From positions 1-46,204 of IMG/VR virus record IMGVR_UViG_3300017700_000376: 46,204 nt of DNA; one strand, 5' to 3'. Position numbers and translations under genes: made by a program. Positions 25,942 to 35,433 of this stretch are shown here, piece after piece (the first letter of the stretch is position 1; each line of letters opens with the position of its first letter). The DNA is from a virus (taxonomy: Duplodnaviria > Caudoviricetes). The notes below the pieces were generated by a model that was not told where the DNA came from, made no database searches, and saw nothing but the letters and a program-made list of their open reading frames with translations.

Positions 25942-27329
25942 TGGCGCTTGAAGTCTTCCCCTACCAGGCGACCGGCGCTGCGTTCCTCGCTGAACGCACG
26001 CGCGGCGGCCTGTTCGACGAGATGCGCGTCGGCAAGTCGGCGCAGGCGATCCGCGCCATGGACCTGTTGGCGTTGAAGCGCGGCATCGTCATCTGTCCCG
26101 GCACGGCGCGCGAGGTGTGGCGCGGCGAGTTCGCCAAGTTCCAAATCATGCAGCGCGGCATCGTCAAGGGCGTCGACATCCACGACTATGTCTCGTGGAT
26201 GCGCGGCCGGTTCGACGTGCTCGTCACCAGCTACGAACAGGCCACCCGATGGGCCGACAAGATCGCCAGCCAGGGTGAAATCCTCGACTTCTGCGTGATC
26301 GACGAGGGGCACTACTGCAAGAACAGCGAGGCCGCGCGCACCAAGGCTATCCTCGGCGACTACACGGTCCCGGTCGGCAAGGGCAAGGCGGGCATCGTCG
26401 ATTGGGCGCGCTACTCGTGGATCTTGACGGGTACGCCCCTGGCCAACGACCCGATGGACATCTACACGTTCCTGAGGTTCAGCAACTGCATGCCGCTGAT
26501 GCAGGGCGTTTTCCAAAAGCGGTACTTTCACGAGTTCAAGAAGACGTACGGTTCGCGCAACACGCCGCGTAACGACAAAGTTGAGGAGCTACGCCGGCTG
26601 ATCAAGAACAACTCGCTGCGCCGGACCCAAAAGGAAGCGGGCATGCAGCTTCCGCCGATCTTCCTGACAAACATCACGCTCGACGGCGACAACACGGCCG
26701 TGCGCGAGTTGCTGTCTCAGTTTCCCGGCCTCGACATTGCGATCGTACAGGCCATGAAGACGGGCGGCCTGTCGTTCCTAGACGCGCAGCACATCGCGAC
26801 GTTGCGCCGGCTCGTTGGCGAAGCCAAGGCCGTGCCGTATGCGGCGCTGCTGTTCGAGGAGTTGCAGAACACCGACCACAAGTTCGTGGTGATGGGCATC
26901 CACACCAAGACGCTGAAGACGGTGCAGGACTATTTGACGGCGCGCGGCATCACGTCGGTGCTAGTGAACGGCGAGGTTCCCGAGAAGCACCGCGGCCCGC
27001 TGATCGAGGCGTTTCAGACCGACCCGCGCGTTCGCGTGTTCCTCGGCAACCTGCGCGCCGCCGGCACCGCGATCTCGCTGACCGCGGCGCCGTTCATCGA
27101 CTTGCTGGAAAGCTCGTGGCAACCCGCCGAGAACGCGCAGGGTCTGATGCGCGTGCAGGGCGTCTCGCAAAAACGCAACATCCGAGCAAGGTTCATCACC
27201 CTGGCCGCCTCGATCGACGAGGCCGTCAACGAAATTGTTGCCGGAAAGACGGCATCAATCGCCGCTGTGCAAGGCGGTCAGTTGTTTACACATGAAGATC
27301 ATGTTGACCTGACCGGCGCCGCTGCGTAA
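25941..27329 (+). CDS. SNF2-family helicase/ATPase
   Basis: FPYQ, DEMRVGKS, VIDEGH, LTGTP and AGTAISLTAA motifs. ATG 25941. Confidence 0.9.
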   Translation: MALEVFPYQATGAAFLAERTRGGLFDEMRVGKSAQAIRAMDLLALKRGIVICPGTAREVWRGEFAKFQIMQRGIVKGVDIHDYVSWMRGRFDVLVTSYEQATRWADKIASQGEILDFCVIDEGHYCKNSEAARTKAILGDYTVPVGKGKAGIVDWARYSWILTGTPLANDPMDIYTFLRFSNCMPLMQGVFQKRYFHEFKKTYGSRNTPRNDKVEELRRLIKNNSLRRTQKEAGMQLPPIFLTNITLDGDNTAVRELLSQFPGLDIAIVQAMKTGGLSFLDAQHIATLRRLVGEAKAVPYAALLFEELQNTDHKFVVMGIHTKTLKTVQDYLTARGITSVLVNGEVPEKHRGPLIEAFQTDPRVRVFLGNLRAAGTAISLTAAPFIDLLESSWQPAENAQGLMRVQGVSQKRNIRARFITLAASIDEAVNEIVAGKTASIAAVQGGQLFTHEDHVDLTGAAA

Positions 27330-27332
27330 CAT
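27304..27332 (+). promoter_or_regulatory. Promoter TTGACC-N17-TAACAT containing GCGTAACA, upstream of the replication genes
   Basis: -10 overlaps the helicase TAA. Confidence 0.68.
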
Positions 27333-27363
27333 CACGTCGTTGATCAACACTGAAGGATTTGAA

Positions 27364-27885
27364 ATGGCAAAACCCACTTACTCGATCGGCGGGCTCGACT
27401 TCGATATGCTCGTCAAGGTCAATGCGTTTATGAACGGCGGCACGCCTGTCAACGCCAACATCGCGGCGGCTGTGGTTCCGGCCGCACCGCCCGCGCCGTC
27501 GGCTCCTCCGGTCGCCGCTGCGCCCGTGCCGGCCGCTCCCCCGGCGCCGCCCGTTCCGGTGATGCCGACCCCGGCCGCGCCGCCTGCGCCCCCGGCCCCG
27601 CCGATGCCGACCCCGCCGATGTCGATGCCGGCCCCGCCGATGCAGCCGACCGCTCCTGTCGCGCCGCCGGCGCCGCCCGCCCCGGCCGGCATGCCGACGC
27701 AGGCCGAGGTCATCAAGGCCATGGCCGACGCCGTCGCGCGCTGTGGCGCTGGTGGTGCCGGCAAGGTCGGCCCGCTGATGGCGCAGTACAACGCCGAGAC
27801 GCCCGGCGTCGCCGGCACGGTCGCCAAGGTCGACCCGGCGCAGTACGGCAACCTGAAGGCCGCCCTGGACGCGCTGCAGCCGTAA
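27364..27885 (+). CDS. Pro/Ala-rich protein typical upstream of DUF2800
   Basis: PAAPPAP repeats, small helical C-terminal domain, synteny. Confidence 0.75.
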   Translation: MAKPTYSIGGLDFDMLVKVNAFMNGGTPVNANIAAAVVPAAPPAPSAPPVAAAPVPAAPPAPPVPVMPTPAAPPAPPAPPMPTPPMSMPAPPMQPTAPVAPPAPPAPAGMPTQAEVIKAMADAVARCGAGGAGKVGPLMAQYNAETPGVAGTVAKVDPAQYGNLKAALDALQP

Positions 27886-29174
27886 TGGACGACGCGCAGC
27901 CTGCGCATTACGAGTACGGGGCGTCCAGCGCGAAACGCTGGACGTCCTGCCTCGCCTCCGTGCGCCTCAACAAGAAGTGCCCGCCGTCCGCCGACAGCGA
28001 GTGGGGCGTCGAGGGCCGAGACGCGCACGAACTTCTCGAACAGTGCTTGGTCCATGGCGTGCGCAACGCCAGCGAGTACGTCGGTGTCAGCCCCAACGTC
28101 ACGCCCGAGATGGCCCGCGCCGTTCAGGTGTGCCTCGACTACGTCTACGAAATTTGCGCGGAACACCCTGACGCCATCGTCTCGATCGAGAACAAGCTGC
28201 GCGTCCCGTCGTCCGTTGTGCCCGACCGCATGGGCGGCACCTACGACGTCCGCATCTACATCCCGTCGCTGAAGTGGCTGATCATCGTCGACTACAAGCA
28301 CGGCGCTGGCATTTACGTCGAGGAAGAAGACAACCTGCAGATGGAGATGTACGACATCGCTTCGATCTGGAGCATGTCGGAACCCGTGGCCAGGGTGACG
28401 AACACGATCGTGCAGCCGCGCTCGTGGGTGGCTGGCGGCGCGGTGCGTAGTGCCGACGTCACGGTCGAACGGCTGCTGTGGCGTCACAACTGGTTCGAGG
28501 AGAAGGCGAAGCTGACGCTCGACCCCGACGCGCCGTTCGCGCCGACGCCCGAGAACTGCCGGTGGTGCCCGGCCGGTGGTTACGGCCTGTGTCCGGCCGT
28601 GACGGCGGTCGCAGTGGCGACGCTGAACAGCGAAGCCAAGAGCTTCGAGGATCTGAACGTCGTCGGCCTGCCGGACGGAACCAAGCTGTCGATCGCGCGC
28701 ATGGCCTTCATGCTGTCCAACGAGGCGTTGGTGACGGCGTTGTTCAAGAACGCGCGCATGACGGCCACCGGCTTCGTCCGCAACGGCGGCGACTTTCCCG
28801 GCTTCAAGATGGTCATGGGCACGCCCGAGCGCGCTTGGTACGGCACGCCCGAAGTGATCGCGCAGCAGCTTATGGTGCTGTTGAACGCCTCGATCGACGA
28901 GGTGTTCCCGCGCTCGCTGATCACGATCACCGAAGCGCAGAACCGCTTGACCGATCTGTTCCGTCACGGCCTCGTGCAAGAGCCTGGCGAGACGAAAAAG
29001 GCGTTCAAGGTCCGACAGAACAAGGCGTCCGAAATGGCGGTGGAAGCGCTCGCCTACATGACGCTCCGAGAACCCCGCGGGGGACCGCGGCTTGTGCCGA
29101 TCAGCGATCCACGACCGGCACTCAACACGTCTGTTCCGCATTTCGCCGGCCAGATCAACCTCGAAGGGATGTAA
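27885..29174 (+). CDS. DUF2800 / Cas4-like PD-(D/E)xK exonuclease
   Basis: ASSAKRWTSC, GGTYD, IVDYKHG, QMEMY, CRWCPA..CP. Confidence 0.9.
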   Translation: MDDAQPAHYEYGASSAKRWTSCLASVRLNKKCPPSADSEWGVEGRDAHELLEQCLVHGVRNASEYVGVSPNVTPEMARAVQVCLDYVYEICAEHPDAIVSIENKLRVPSSVVPDRMGGTYDVRIYIPSLKWLIIVDYKHGAGIYVEEEDNLQMEMYDIASIWSMSEPVARVTNTIVQPRSWVAGGAVRSADVTVERLLWRHNWFEEKAKLTLDPDAPFAPTPENCRWCPAGGYGLCPAVTAVAVATLNSEAKSFEDLNVVGLPDGTKLSIARMAFMLSNEALVTALFKNARMTATGFVRNGGDFPGFKMVMGTPERAWYGTPEVIAQQLMVLLNASIDEVFPRSLITITEAQNRLTDLFRHGLVQEPGETKKAFKVRQNKASEMAVEALAYMTLREPRGGPRLVPISDPRPALNTSVPHFAGQINLEGM

Positions 29175-29175
29175 C

Positions 29176-29937
29176 ATGCAAGTTCCGCGCGATAGCAAGA
29201 TGCCGCTGGAGTGGATCCAGAAGGTCTGCACGGACAATCCGGTCAAGAAGCTCCTCGACCCCAAGACCGGCCAGTTCGTCGGCAACTATTCGACCGGGCC
29301 GGTGCGCCTCGCCTGGACGAAGGGGCTGGTCGAGGCGCAGAAGAACGACGATGGCAAGGAAAAATATTCCGTCACGCCGTTGGTGCCGCCGGGCGTCGAT
29401 TTGTCAGTGCTCGTGCAGGCCGTCAACGAGTGCGCCGCGCTGAACTGGCCTGAGAACATGAACAACGGTCAGTTCTCGTGGGCCGGTCTGTCGTCACCGT
29501 GGCACGATCAAGCGGAGAAGGCGGCCACGTACAAAGGGTACACGCCCGGCGCGTTCACCTTCAACTGCGGAACCTATTTCAAGCCGCGCATCGTCGACAT
29601 CAACATGAACGACATCGTCGATCTCGATAACCGGCTGTACGGCGGCGTGTGGGCGATCCTGGCCGTCAACGTCTTCGCCTACGGCAAGATCAAGCGACCC
29701 GGCGGCAAAGCCGGCAAGAAGGGCATCAGCTTCGGCCTGCAGTCGACGGTGCTGATCGGCGACGACGAGAAGTTCAGCGGCGGCGGGCTCGATCCGAAGG
29801 CGGCCTTCAAGGGCATCCAGATCGACAACTCGACGAACATCGCGGCGGCGTTTAACGGTCCGATCACGCCGCCGGTGGCGCCGCTGACGGGCGGGCCGTC
29901 GCCGGAAGATCAGCTTCGCGCGCTCGGGCTGCTGTAG
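29176..29937 (+). CDS. DUF2815 single-stranded DNA-binding protein
   Basis: TGPVRLAW, KYSVT, PRIVD, YGGVW, KGISFGL, DDEKFSGG motifs. Lies between the exonuclease and polymerase. Confidence 0.88.
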   Translation: MQVPRDSKMPLEWIQKVCTDNPVKKLLDPKTGQFVGNYSTGPVRLAWTKGLVEAQKNDDGKEKYSVTPLVPPGVDLSVLVQAVNECAALNWPENMNNGQFSWAGLSSPWHDQAEKAATYKGYTPGAFTFNCGTYFKPRIVDINMNDIVDLDNRLYGGVWAILAVNVFAYGKIKRPGGKAGKKGISFGLQSTVLIGDDEKFSGGGLDPKAAFKGIQIDNSTNIAAAFNGPITPPVAPLTGGPSPEDQLRALGLL

Positions 29938-29939
29938 TC

Positions 29940-30047
29940 ATGCGCGATATGCTGGACGGCTTGGGTACCGCGATGCTGGTGTTCGCGGTGTTCGCGGCCG
30001 TGCTCGGAGCCGCAGTTGTGGGTCTGCTGTGGTGGATCTTCGGGTAG
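29940..30047 (+). CDS. Small membrane peptide (35 aa, not in the ORF track)
   Basis: MRDMLDGLGTAMLVFAVFAAVLGAAVVGLLWWIFG exactly fills the SSB-polymerase gap. Confidence 0.55.
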   Translation: MRDMLDGLGTAMLVFAVFAAVLGAAVVGLLWWIFG

Positions 30048-32327
30048 ATGCTGCCCAAGCTGCATCTGGACTTCGAGACGCGCTCGCTCCTGAAACTAGG
30101 CAGGGGCGGCGTCGGGCTGTATCGGTATGCGGAGCACCTGACAACGAGCATCTGGTGCTTTGCGTATCGGTTCGGCCTTGAAGGTCCGGTGTCGATCTGG
30201 TGGCGTGACGAACCGCTGCCGACCGAAGTCGTCGAGCATGTGCGCGCTGGCGGTATGATGACGGCGCACAACGCCGGCTTCGAGCGCCGCATATGGAACG
30301 TCGTCCTGAACAGGATGATGAACGGCTACCTCCCGCAACTCGAGATCGGGCAGATGGATTGCACGGCGGCCAGGGCTCGCGCCTTGGGCCTGCCGGGCGA
30401 TCTCGAACGCGCCGCCAAGGTGGTGCGCGCGCCGCATCAGAAGGATCTCGCCGGCGGGTCCGTGATGAAGAAGATGGCGGCGCCCAAGGCCGTGTCGTTC
30501 GAGCACCCTGCGGCCGCTGCCGGGTGGCCGAACAACATCGTGCGCGTGTTGGACGACCGACGCGAATACAGCACCTACTCATGCCACGGCGGAACAGTCC
30601 GCATCGACTGGCACTACGACGAGGCGCTGCACGCCACCCAAACCGAATACTGCAAGACAGACGTCCTAGCCGAGACGGGCGTCGACATGGTCGTAGTCGC
30701 GTTGCCCGAGCGCGAGCGTCGCATATGGGAACTGAACGAAAAGATCAACGACCGCGGCTTCCCCATCGACGTGCCGCTCGTGCGCAAGGTTCAGGCCATT
30801 GTCGATCTGTCGTCCGCACGGGCTAACCGCCGCATGTGGACGATCACCAACGGCACCGTTAAAACCTGCAGCAATCACGCCGGGTTGAAGAAGTGGCTCG
30901 ACGGTCGTGGCATCAAAGCCTACGTGATCAAGAACGGTGAGTTGAAACAGTCCGTCAGCAAAGGCGCCAAAGACGACCTGCTGGTGGCGGCCACGAACGA
31001 CCCGCTGGCCCGCGAAGCGATCGAACTGCATAGCGCCACGTCACGCGTCGCCTACGCCGGCAAGATCGGCAAAACGCAAGACGTGATGAACACGGACGAC
31101 AACCTGCGGGGAGCGTTCCAATACCACACGTCGCCGACCGGCCGGTTCTCGTCGGCCGATAGTTGGCAGGCACAAAATCTCGTGCGCGTTGACGAGGAGA
31201 TGGAGCTTCCGACGCTGCGCGAACTGATCAAGATTTGCGAGCGGTTCGAGGCGGATTTGGCAACGGACGTGATCGACATGGCAACAGGGCAGACTTTGTT
31301 CTGGATGCCGAAGATGTCGCGGCCGATCATCCGGGCGCGCAAGGGCCGCATCTTCCGCGGCGCCGACCTGTCGAACATCGAAGGTCGGGTCAACTCGTGG
31401 ACGGCCGGCGAAGATTGGAAGCTCGACGCGTTCCGCGCGTTCGACGCCAAGATCGGGCCGGATCTCTACAAGGTGACCGCCGGGAACATCTTGAACATCG
31501 CGCCTGCACAGGTCACGAAAGCGCAGCGCCAGACGCTCGGCAAGGTGCCCGACCTGGCCGGCGGCTATCAGGGTTCCGTCATGGCCTACGTGTCGATGGG
31601 CGCCAACCTCGGCGTCGACCCTACGATGATCGCCGGCGTCGCCGCCGAGACGACGGACCCCAAGGTGTGGGCGGCCACGGCGAAGGCTTATCGGCCGCGC
31701 TTCTCCTGCGGCCTCGAACAGTCGGTGTGGACCGGCATCAAGGTCGTCGTCAACGCCTGGCGCGCTCGCCACCCGGCGATCGTGCAGTCGTGGTGGGACC
31801 GGCAGGACGCCGCGATCGCCGCGGTGTCGTCGCCCGGCTCGATCCACGAGTGCTGCGGCGGGCGCATCAAGTATATGAGCCAAAGCGGCTTCCTGTGGTG
31901 CATGCTCCCGAGCGGTCGGTTGCTGGCCTACCCGCAGCCCGAGATGGTGCGGGTCAAGTACATCAAGGAAGAGAAACAGGAGATCGACGGCGTCGAGGTT
32001 GTCGTCGAGGTTGAAGCCTACAAGAACGCCGTGCAGGTGTGGGGCCTGGAGAAGAACCAGTGGGTGCCGTACACCCTGTATGGCGGGCTGCAGTGCGAGA
32101 ACGACACACAGGCCATTGCGCGCGACGTGTTCTGCGACGGCGGCCTCGATCTCGACGCGCTCGGCTACTACCTGATCTTCCATTGCCACGACGAGTACCT
32201 GTCGGAAGACGAGCCGAATTTCGGGTCTACCGAAGAAATGGTGCGTGTGTTATCTAAGACCAGAAGTTACGCAGAAACGCTCCCACTGGCCGCCGCGGCG
32301 TGGGAAGACGATCGTTACGTTAAGTAG
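30048..32327 (+). CDS. Family A DNA polymerase with 3'-5' exonuclease (APSE/BPP-1 type)
   Basis: Exo motifs LDFETRS, AHNAGFE, YCKTDV. Motif A ADLSNIEGR, motif B RQTLGKVPDLAGGY, motif C HCHDE. Confidence 0.95.
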   Translation: MLPKLHLDFETRSLLKLGRGGVGLYRYAEHLTTSIWCFAYRFGLEGPVSIWWRDEPLPTEVVEHVRAGGMMTAHNAGFERRIWNVVLNRMMNGYLPQLEIGQMDCTAARARALGLPGDLERAAKVVRAPHQKDLAGGSVMKKMAAPKAVSFEHPAAAAGWPNNIVRVLDDRREYSTYSCHGGTVRIDWHYDEALHATQTEYCKTDVLAETGVDMVVVALPERERRIWELNEKINDRGFPIDVPLVRKVQAIVDLSSARANRRMWTITNGTVKTCSNHAGLKKWLDGRGIKAYVIKNGELKQSVSKGAKDDLLVAATNDPLAREAIELHSATSRVAYAGKIGKTQDVMNTDDNLRGAFQYHTSPTGRFSSADSWQAQNLVRVDEEMELPTLRELIKICERFEADLATDVIDMATGQTLFWMPKMSRPIIRARKGRIFRGADLSNIEGRVNSWTAGEDWKLDAFRAFDAKIGPDLYKVTAGNILNIAPAQVTKAQRQTLGKVPDLAGGYQGSVMAYVSMGANLGVDPTMIAGVAAETTDPKVWAATAKAYRPRFSCGLEQSVWTGIKVVVNAWRARHPAIVQSWWDRQDAAIAAVSSPGSIHECCGGRIKYMSQSGFLWCMLPSGRLLAYPQPEMVRVKYIKEEKQEIDGVEVVVEVEAYKNAVQVWGLEKNQWVPYTLYGGLQCENDTQAIARDVFCDGGLDLDALGYYLIFHCHDEYLSEDEPNFGSTEEMVRVLSKTRSYAETLPLAAAAWEDDRYVK

Positions 32328-32336
32328 GGGGCTGTG

Positions 32337-32720
32337 ATGGCGACCAAGAAAAAGACGAAGCGGATCGACGAACAGTTCGTCAAGACGTTCGCGGCTGAAG
32401 CGCAGAAGATGGCCGGTCGAACGGCGCTGCGGAAACTTAGCCCGAAGAAGCGGACGTGGAAGCCGACCATCGGTGCGAAATTCGGGCCGCAGGAACAGAA
32501 GCTGCGCGCGGCGTTGACCGTTCACAAATCCGCCGACGTGGCCTTCCTGTTCCGCGCCATCATCGGTCCATTGGGCGTCTGTGGCGGGCGACTGACGACG
32601 CCGCGCATGATGCACCAGCGCATCGGTGCCATCGCTGCGCGCCACAACCGCAAGGTCAAGTCGCCGCACATCGTCGCCGGCGATCAGCCCGGCACCTACC
32701 GTCTCAAGCGCATCCGCTAG
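32337..32720 (+). CDS. Basic hypothetical protein, possible winged helix
   Basis: Lys/Arg-rich, C-terminal PGTYRL. Confidence 0.6.
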   Translation: MATKKKTKRIDEQFVKTFAAEAQKMAGRTALRKLSPKKRTWKPTIGAKFGPQEQKLRAALTVHKSADVAFLFRAIIGPLGVCGGRLTTPRMMHQRIGAIAARHNRKVKSPHIVAGDQPGTYRLKRIR

Positions 32721-32735
32721 TCAGCGTCGACCATC

Positions 32736-34712
32736 ATGTCGATGCTCGACGCGGCCTTGTCGTGGGCGGCGAGGGGCTTCCGCGTCTTCCCGCTGGCTGA
32801 AGGCACCAAAGACCAACCGCTGTGCAGCTTCACCAAGGAAGCGAGCACCGACGAGGCGCTGATCCGCGCGTGGTGGTCGGACCCGATGACGGGCGCGGTG
32901 CGCAGCCACAACGTCGGTGTGCTCACGACGGGCATGGTGGTCGTCGACGTCGATGTCAGAGATGCTAAACCCGGCCTCGTCAACTTCCTGAACCTCGCTG
33001 GCGGATTTGACACGCTGACGGTTCGCACCCCGAGCGGCGGCTACCACTGCTACTACACCGGACCCGACAGCGCCGGCCGCCAGGGCAAGTACGGGCTTGG
33101 CAGCGGCCTCGACATCCGGTCACACGGGAACTACGTCGTGGCGCCCGGCAGCGTCACCCCGGAGGGGGTCTACAGCGTCGAACTCGACCTGCCGGTGTCT
33201 GTGGTCCCCCCGGCCGTCGCCGTGCGCCTGAAGCCGCCCCTGACACGCGACAACGCCTCGAACTACACGCTCGACGAGACGCCCGGCCTAGTGGCCAGGG
33301 CAACGGCCTTTCTGACGTCGGATCAGGCGCCTCCCGCGGTCGAGGGAGAGAACGGCGACGACACGACCTACCGGGTGGCGTGCCGCCTGCGCGACCTTGG
33401 CGTCTCCGAGCAAGCTGCCTTTGCATTAATGCTAACGCACTACAACGATCGCTGCGTCCCGCCGTGGGATGCGGACGATCTGAACGCCAAGGTCGAGAAC
33501 GCTTACAATTATGCCACGGGTGCTGTCGGGCAGATGTCGCCCGAGACGCACTTTGCAGATTTGCAAATACCGCCGGTGCCGGCGCCCGAGCCGATCAACA
33601 GCGGCGCCTTCACGTTCGGCAACGCGATCGACCCCAGGCACATTCCACCGCGGCCGTGGCTGATGACCCGCATGCTGCTGCGCCAGCACATCACCGTGCT
33701 CGCCGGCCCCGGCAGCGTCGGCAAGTCGGTGCTGGCGCTGACCATTGCCGCGCACCTGGCCATGGGCCTACCCTTTCTGTCCTACACGCCCAAGTACGGC
33801 GCCGCGCGCTCGATCATCTACGACGAGGAAGACGACGTGGCCGAGATGTCGCGCCGGCTTTGGGCGATCTGCCACGAATACAATTTCGACTTCACGTTTG
33901 TGCGTAACGAAATTGCGTTGGTGTCTCGCAACGAACTGTCGTTCAGGCTGACGACCGGCGACCCGCCGTCGATCAACGTGCCACACGTGCAGGCGCTGGT
34001 GAACGCTGCGAAGGATCCGCGCGTCGGGCTCGTGGCGCTCGGGCCGTTCGTCTCGATCCACACCACCGCGGAAGACGACAACGTGCGGATGGCGTTCGTC
34101 ATGGGCGTCGCCCGCGAGATAGCCGAGGCGACGAACGTCGCGATCCTGTTGGGCCATCACGTCTCGAAGCCGAGCGGCGCCACCAGCCGCGCCGGTGACG
34201 CCAACTCGGCGCGCGGCGCCGGCGCCATCATCAACAGCGCGCGCTTTGCGTTCACCATGGCGACGCCGACAGAGATCGACTGCGACCTGTACGGCGTGAA
34301 GAAGGACGAGCGGTACGACTACGTTCGCCTCGACGATGCGAAGATGAACTACGCCAGGGCGACGGCACAGGCGAACTGGCTGGTCAAGCGGTCGGTGAAG
34401 CTGGCCAACACCGATGAGGTGGGCGTGCTGATGCCGCACGACATGGAGCACACGGCGCTCGTGACGCAGACGATGTGGGCGACGACGATCGCGGCCGGCA
34501 TGAAGGGCGCGGCCACGGGTTCGTGCTCGCTGTCCGACGCCGCCAACTATCTACGCGCCGCCGACCCCCTGGCCGCCAAGCTGCCGGTGGCGACGCTGCG
34601 CGCTCGGGTGATGACGGCGTTGGGCGCCGCGATCGAGACGGAACACGGTAAGATCCGCGCGATCGGCGAGATCAAGAGTGGCAAGATGGAAACGGTTGTG
34701 GTGCTCGAATGA
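32736..34712 (+). CDS. Bifunctional Prim-Pol primase fused to an AAA_25/RepA-like helicase
   Basis: VFPL, VVDVD, TPSGGYH, YVVAPGS, Walker A GPGSVGKS, LGHH, ARGAGA. Confidence 0.9.
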   Translation: MSMLDAALSWAARGFRVFPLAEGTKDQPLCSFTKEASTDEALIRAWWSDPMTGAVRSHNVGVLTTGMVVVDVDVRDAKPGLVNFLNLAGGFDTLTVRTPSGGYHCYYTGPDSAGRQGKYGLGSGLDIRSHGNYVVAPGSVTPEGVYSVELDLPVSVVPPAVAVRLKPPLTRDNASNYTLDETPGLVARATAFLTSDQAPPAVEGENGDDTTYRVACRLRDLGVSEQAAFALMLTHYNDRCVPPWDADDLNAKVENAYNYATGAVGQMSPETHFADLQIPPVPAPEPINSGAFTFGNAIDPRHIPPRPWLMTRMLLRQHITVLAGPGSVGKSVLALTIAAHLAMGLPFLSYTPKYGAARSIIYDEEDDVAEMSRRLWAICHEYNFDFTFVRNEIALVSRNELSFRLTTGDPPSINVPHVQALVNAAKDPRVGLVALGPFVSIHTTAEDDNVRMAFVMGVAREIAEATNVAILLGHHVSKPSGATSRAGDANSARGAGAIINSARFAFTMATPTEIDCDLYGVKKDERYDYVRLDDAKMNYARATAQANWLVKRSVKLANTDEVGVLMPHDMEHTALVTQTMWATTIAAGMKGAATGSCSLSDAANYLRAADPLAAKLPVATLRARVMTALGAAIETEHGKIRAIGEIKSGKMETVVVLE

Positions 34713-35302
34713 ACATCCTCGTCGGGTGCGAGGAGAGCGGTGTCGTGCGTGACGCGTTCATCGCCCGCGGCCACTTCGCGGTATCGGTGGATCTCGAACA
34801 CGCGTCGAGATCGTTGGGCGGCTGGCACGTTCAGGATGATGTACGCCATTACCTCAACGGCGGGTGGGATATGGGCGTGTTCTTCACGCCCTGCACGCGG
34901 CTCGCTAACAGCAGCAACAAATGGCTGTACGTCGGCCAGAAGAAAGAGAACGGCATCGACCCTGAACAATGGGACGTCATGCTGCATCTCGCCGAATTGT
35001 TCATGGCCTGCTACAACGCGCCCATCCCGCGGAAGTGCAACGAGAACCCGATACAGCACTCGCACGCTCGGGCGGTCATCCCGAAGTACACGCAGATCGT
35101 CCAGCCGCACTGGTTCGGCACGCCAGAACAGAAGGCTACGTGCTTGTGGCTTCAGAACCTGCCGAAGCTGCGCCGCCGAACGTGGATCGAGCCGCCGTAT
35201 CACCAGAGGGTGTGGTTGATGTCGCCGGGTCCAAACCGTCAGCGAGATCGAAGCGCCACCAACCCCGGCATGGCGCAGGCCATGGCCGAAGATTGGGGTT
35301 GA
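34709..35302 (+). CDS. Short phage C5 cytosine methyltransferase-like protein
   Basis: VGCEESG motif I variant, catalytic PC (TPCT), ENP, QPHWFG..KATCLW. Confidence 0.78.
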   Translation: MNILVGCEESGVVRDAFIARGHFAVSVDLEHASRSLGGWHVQDDVRHYLNGGWDMGVFFTPCTRLANSSNKWLYVGQKKENGIDPEQWDVMLHLAELFMACYNAPIPRKCNENPIQHSHARAVIPKYTQIVQPHWFGTPEQKATCLWLQNLPKLRRRTWIEPPYHQRVWLMSPGPNRQRDRSATNPGMAQAMAEDWG

Positions 35303-35433
35303 CCTGTGCGTAACACTAGTGCATAACACTTGAAGGTTCGATCCTTCGATCTGCAGGTCGATCAGAACCTTACCGCAGGATCAGCGGGAGGCAGACCAGC
35401 ATCAGAATACCGGATGGACGTAGCCGGTGTAGG

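Noticed and set aside
27460-27700. Low-complexity GC repeats as a DNA repeat element
   Set aside because: Fully explained by the Pro/Ala-rich linker of the encoded protein
27885-29174. CRISPR-Cas system from the Cas4-like gene
   Set aside because: It is a standard DUF2800 replication-module nuclease, with no array or other cas genes
7651-29285. Long antisense ORFs (7651-8928, 10523-12322, 27378-29285 and others)
   Set aside because: Shadow frames of real genes, expected at high GC, with Arg/Gly/His-biased translations and no RBS
35331-35347. tRNA suggested by the GGTTCGATCC T-loop-like string
   Set aside because: The T-stem does not pair with a 7-nt loop, and no acceptor, D or anticodon arms are present
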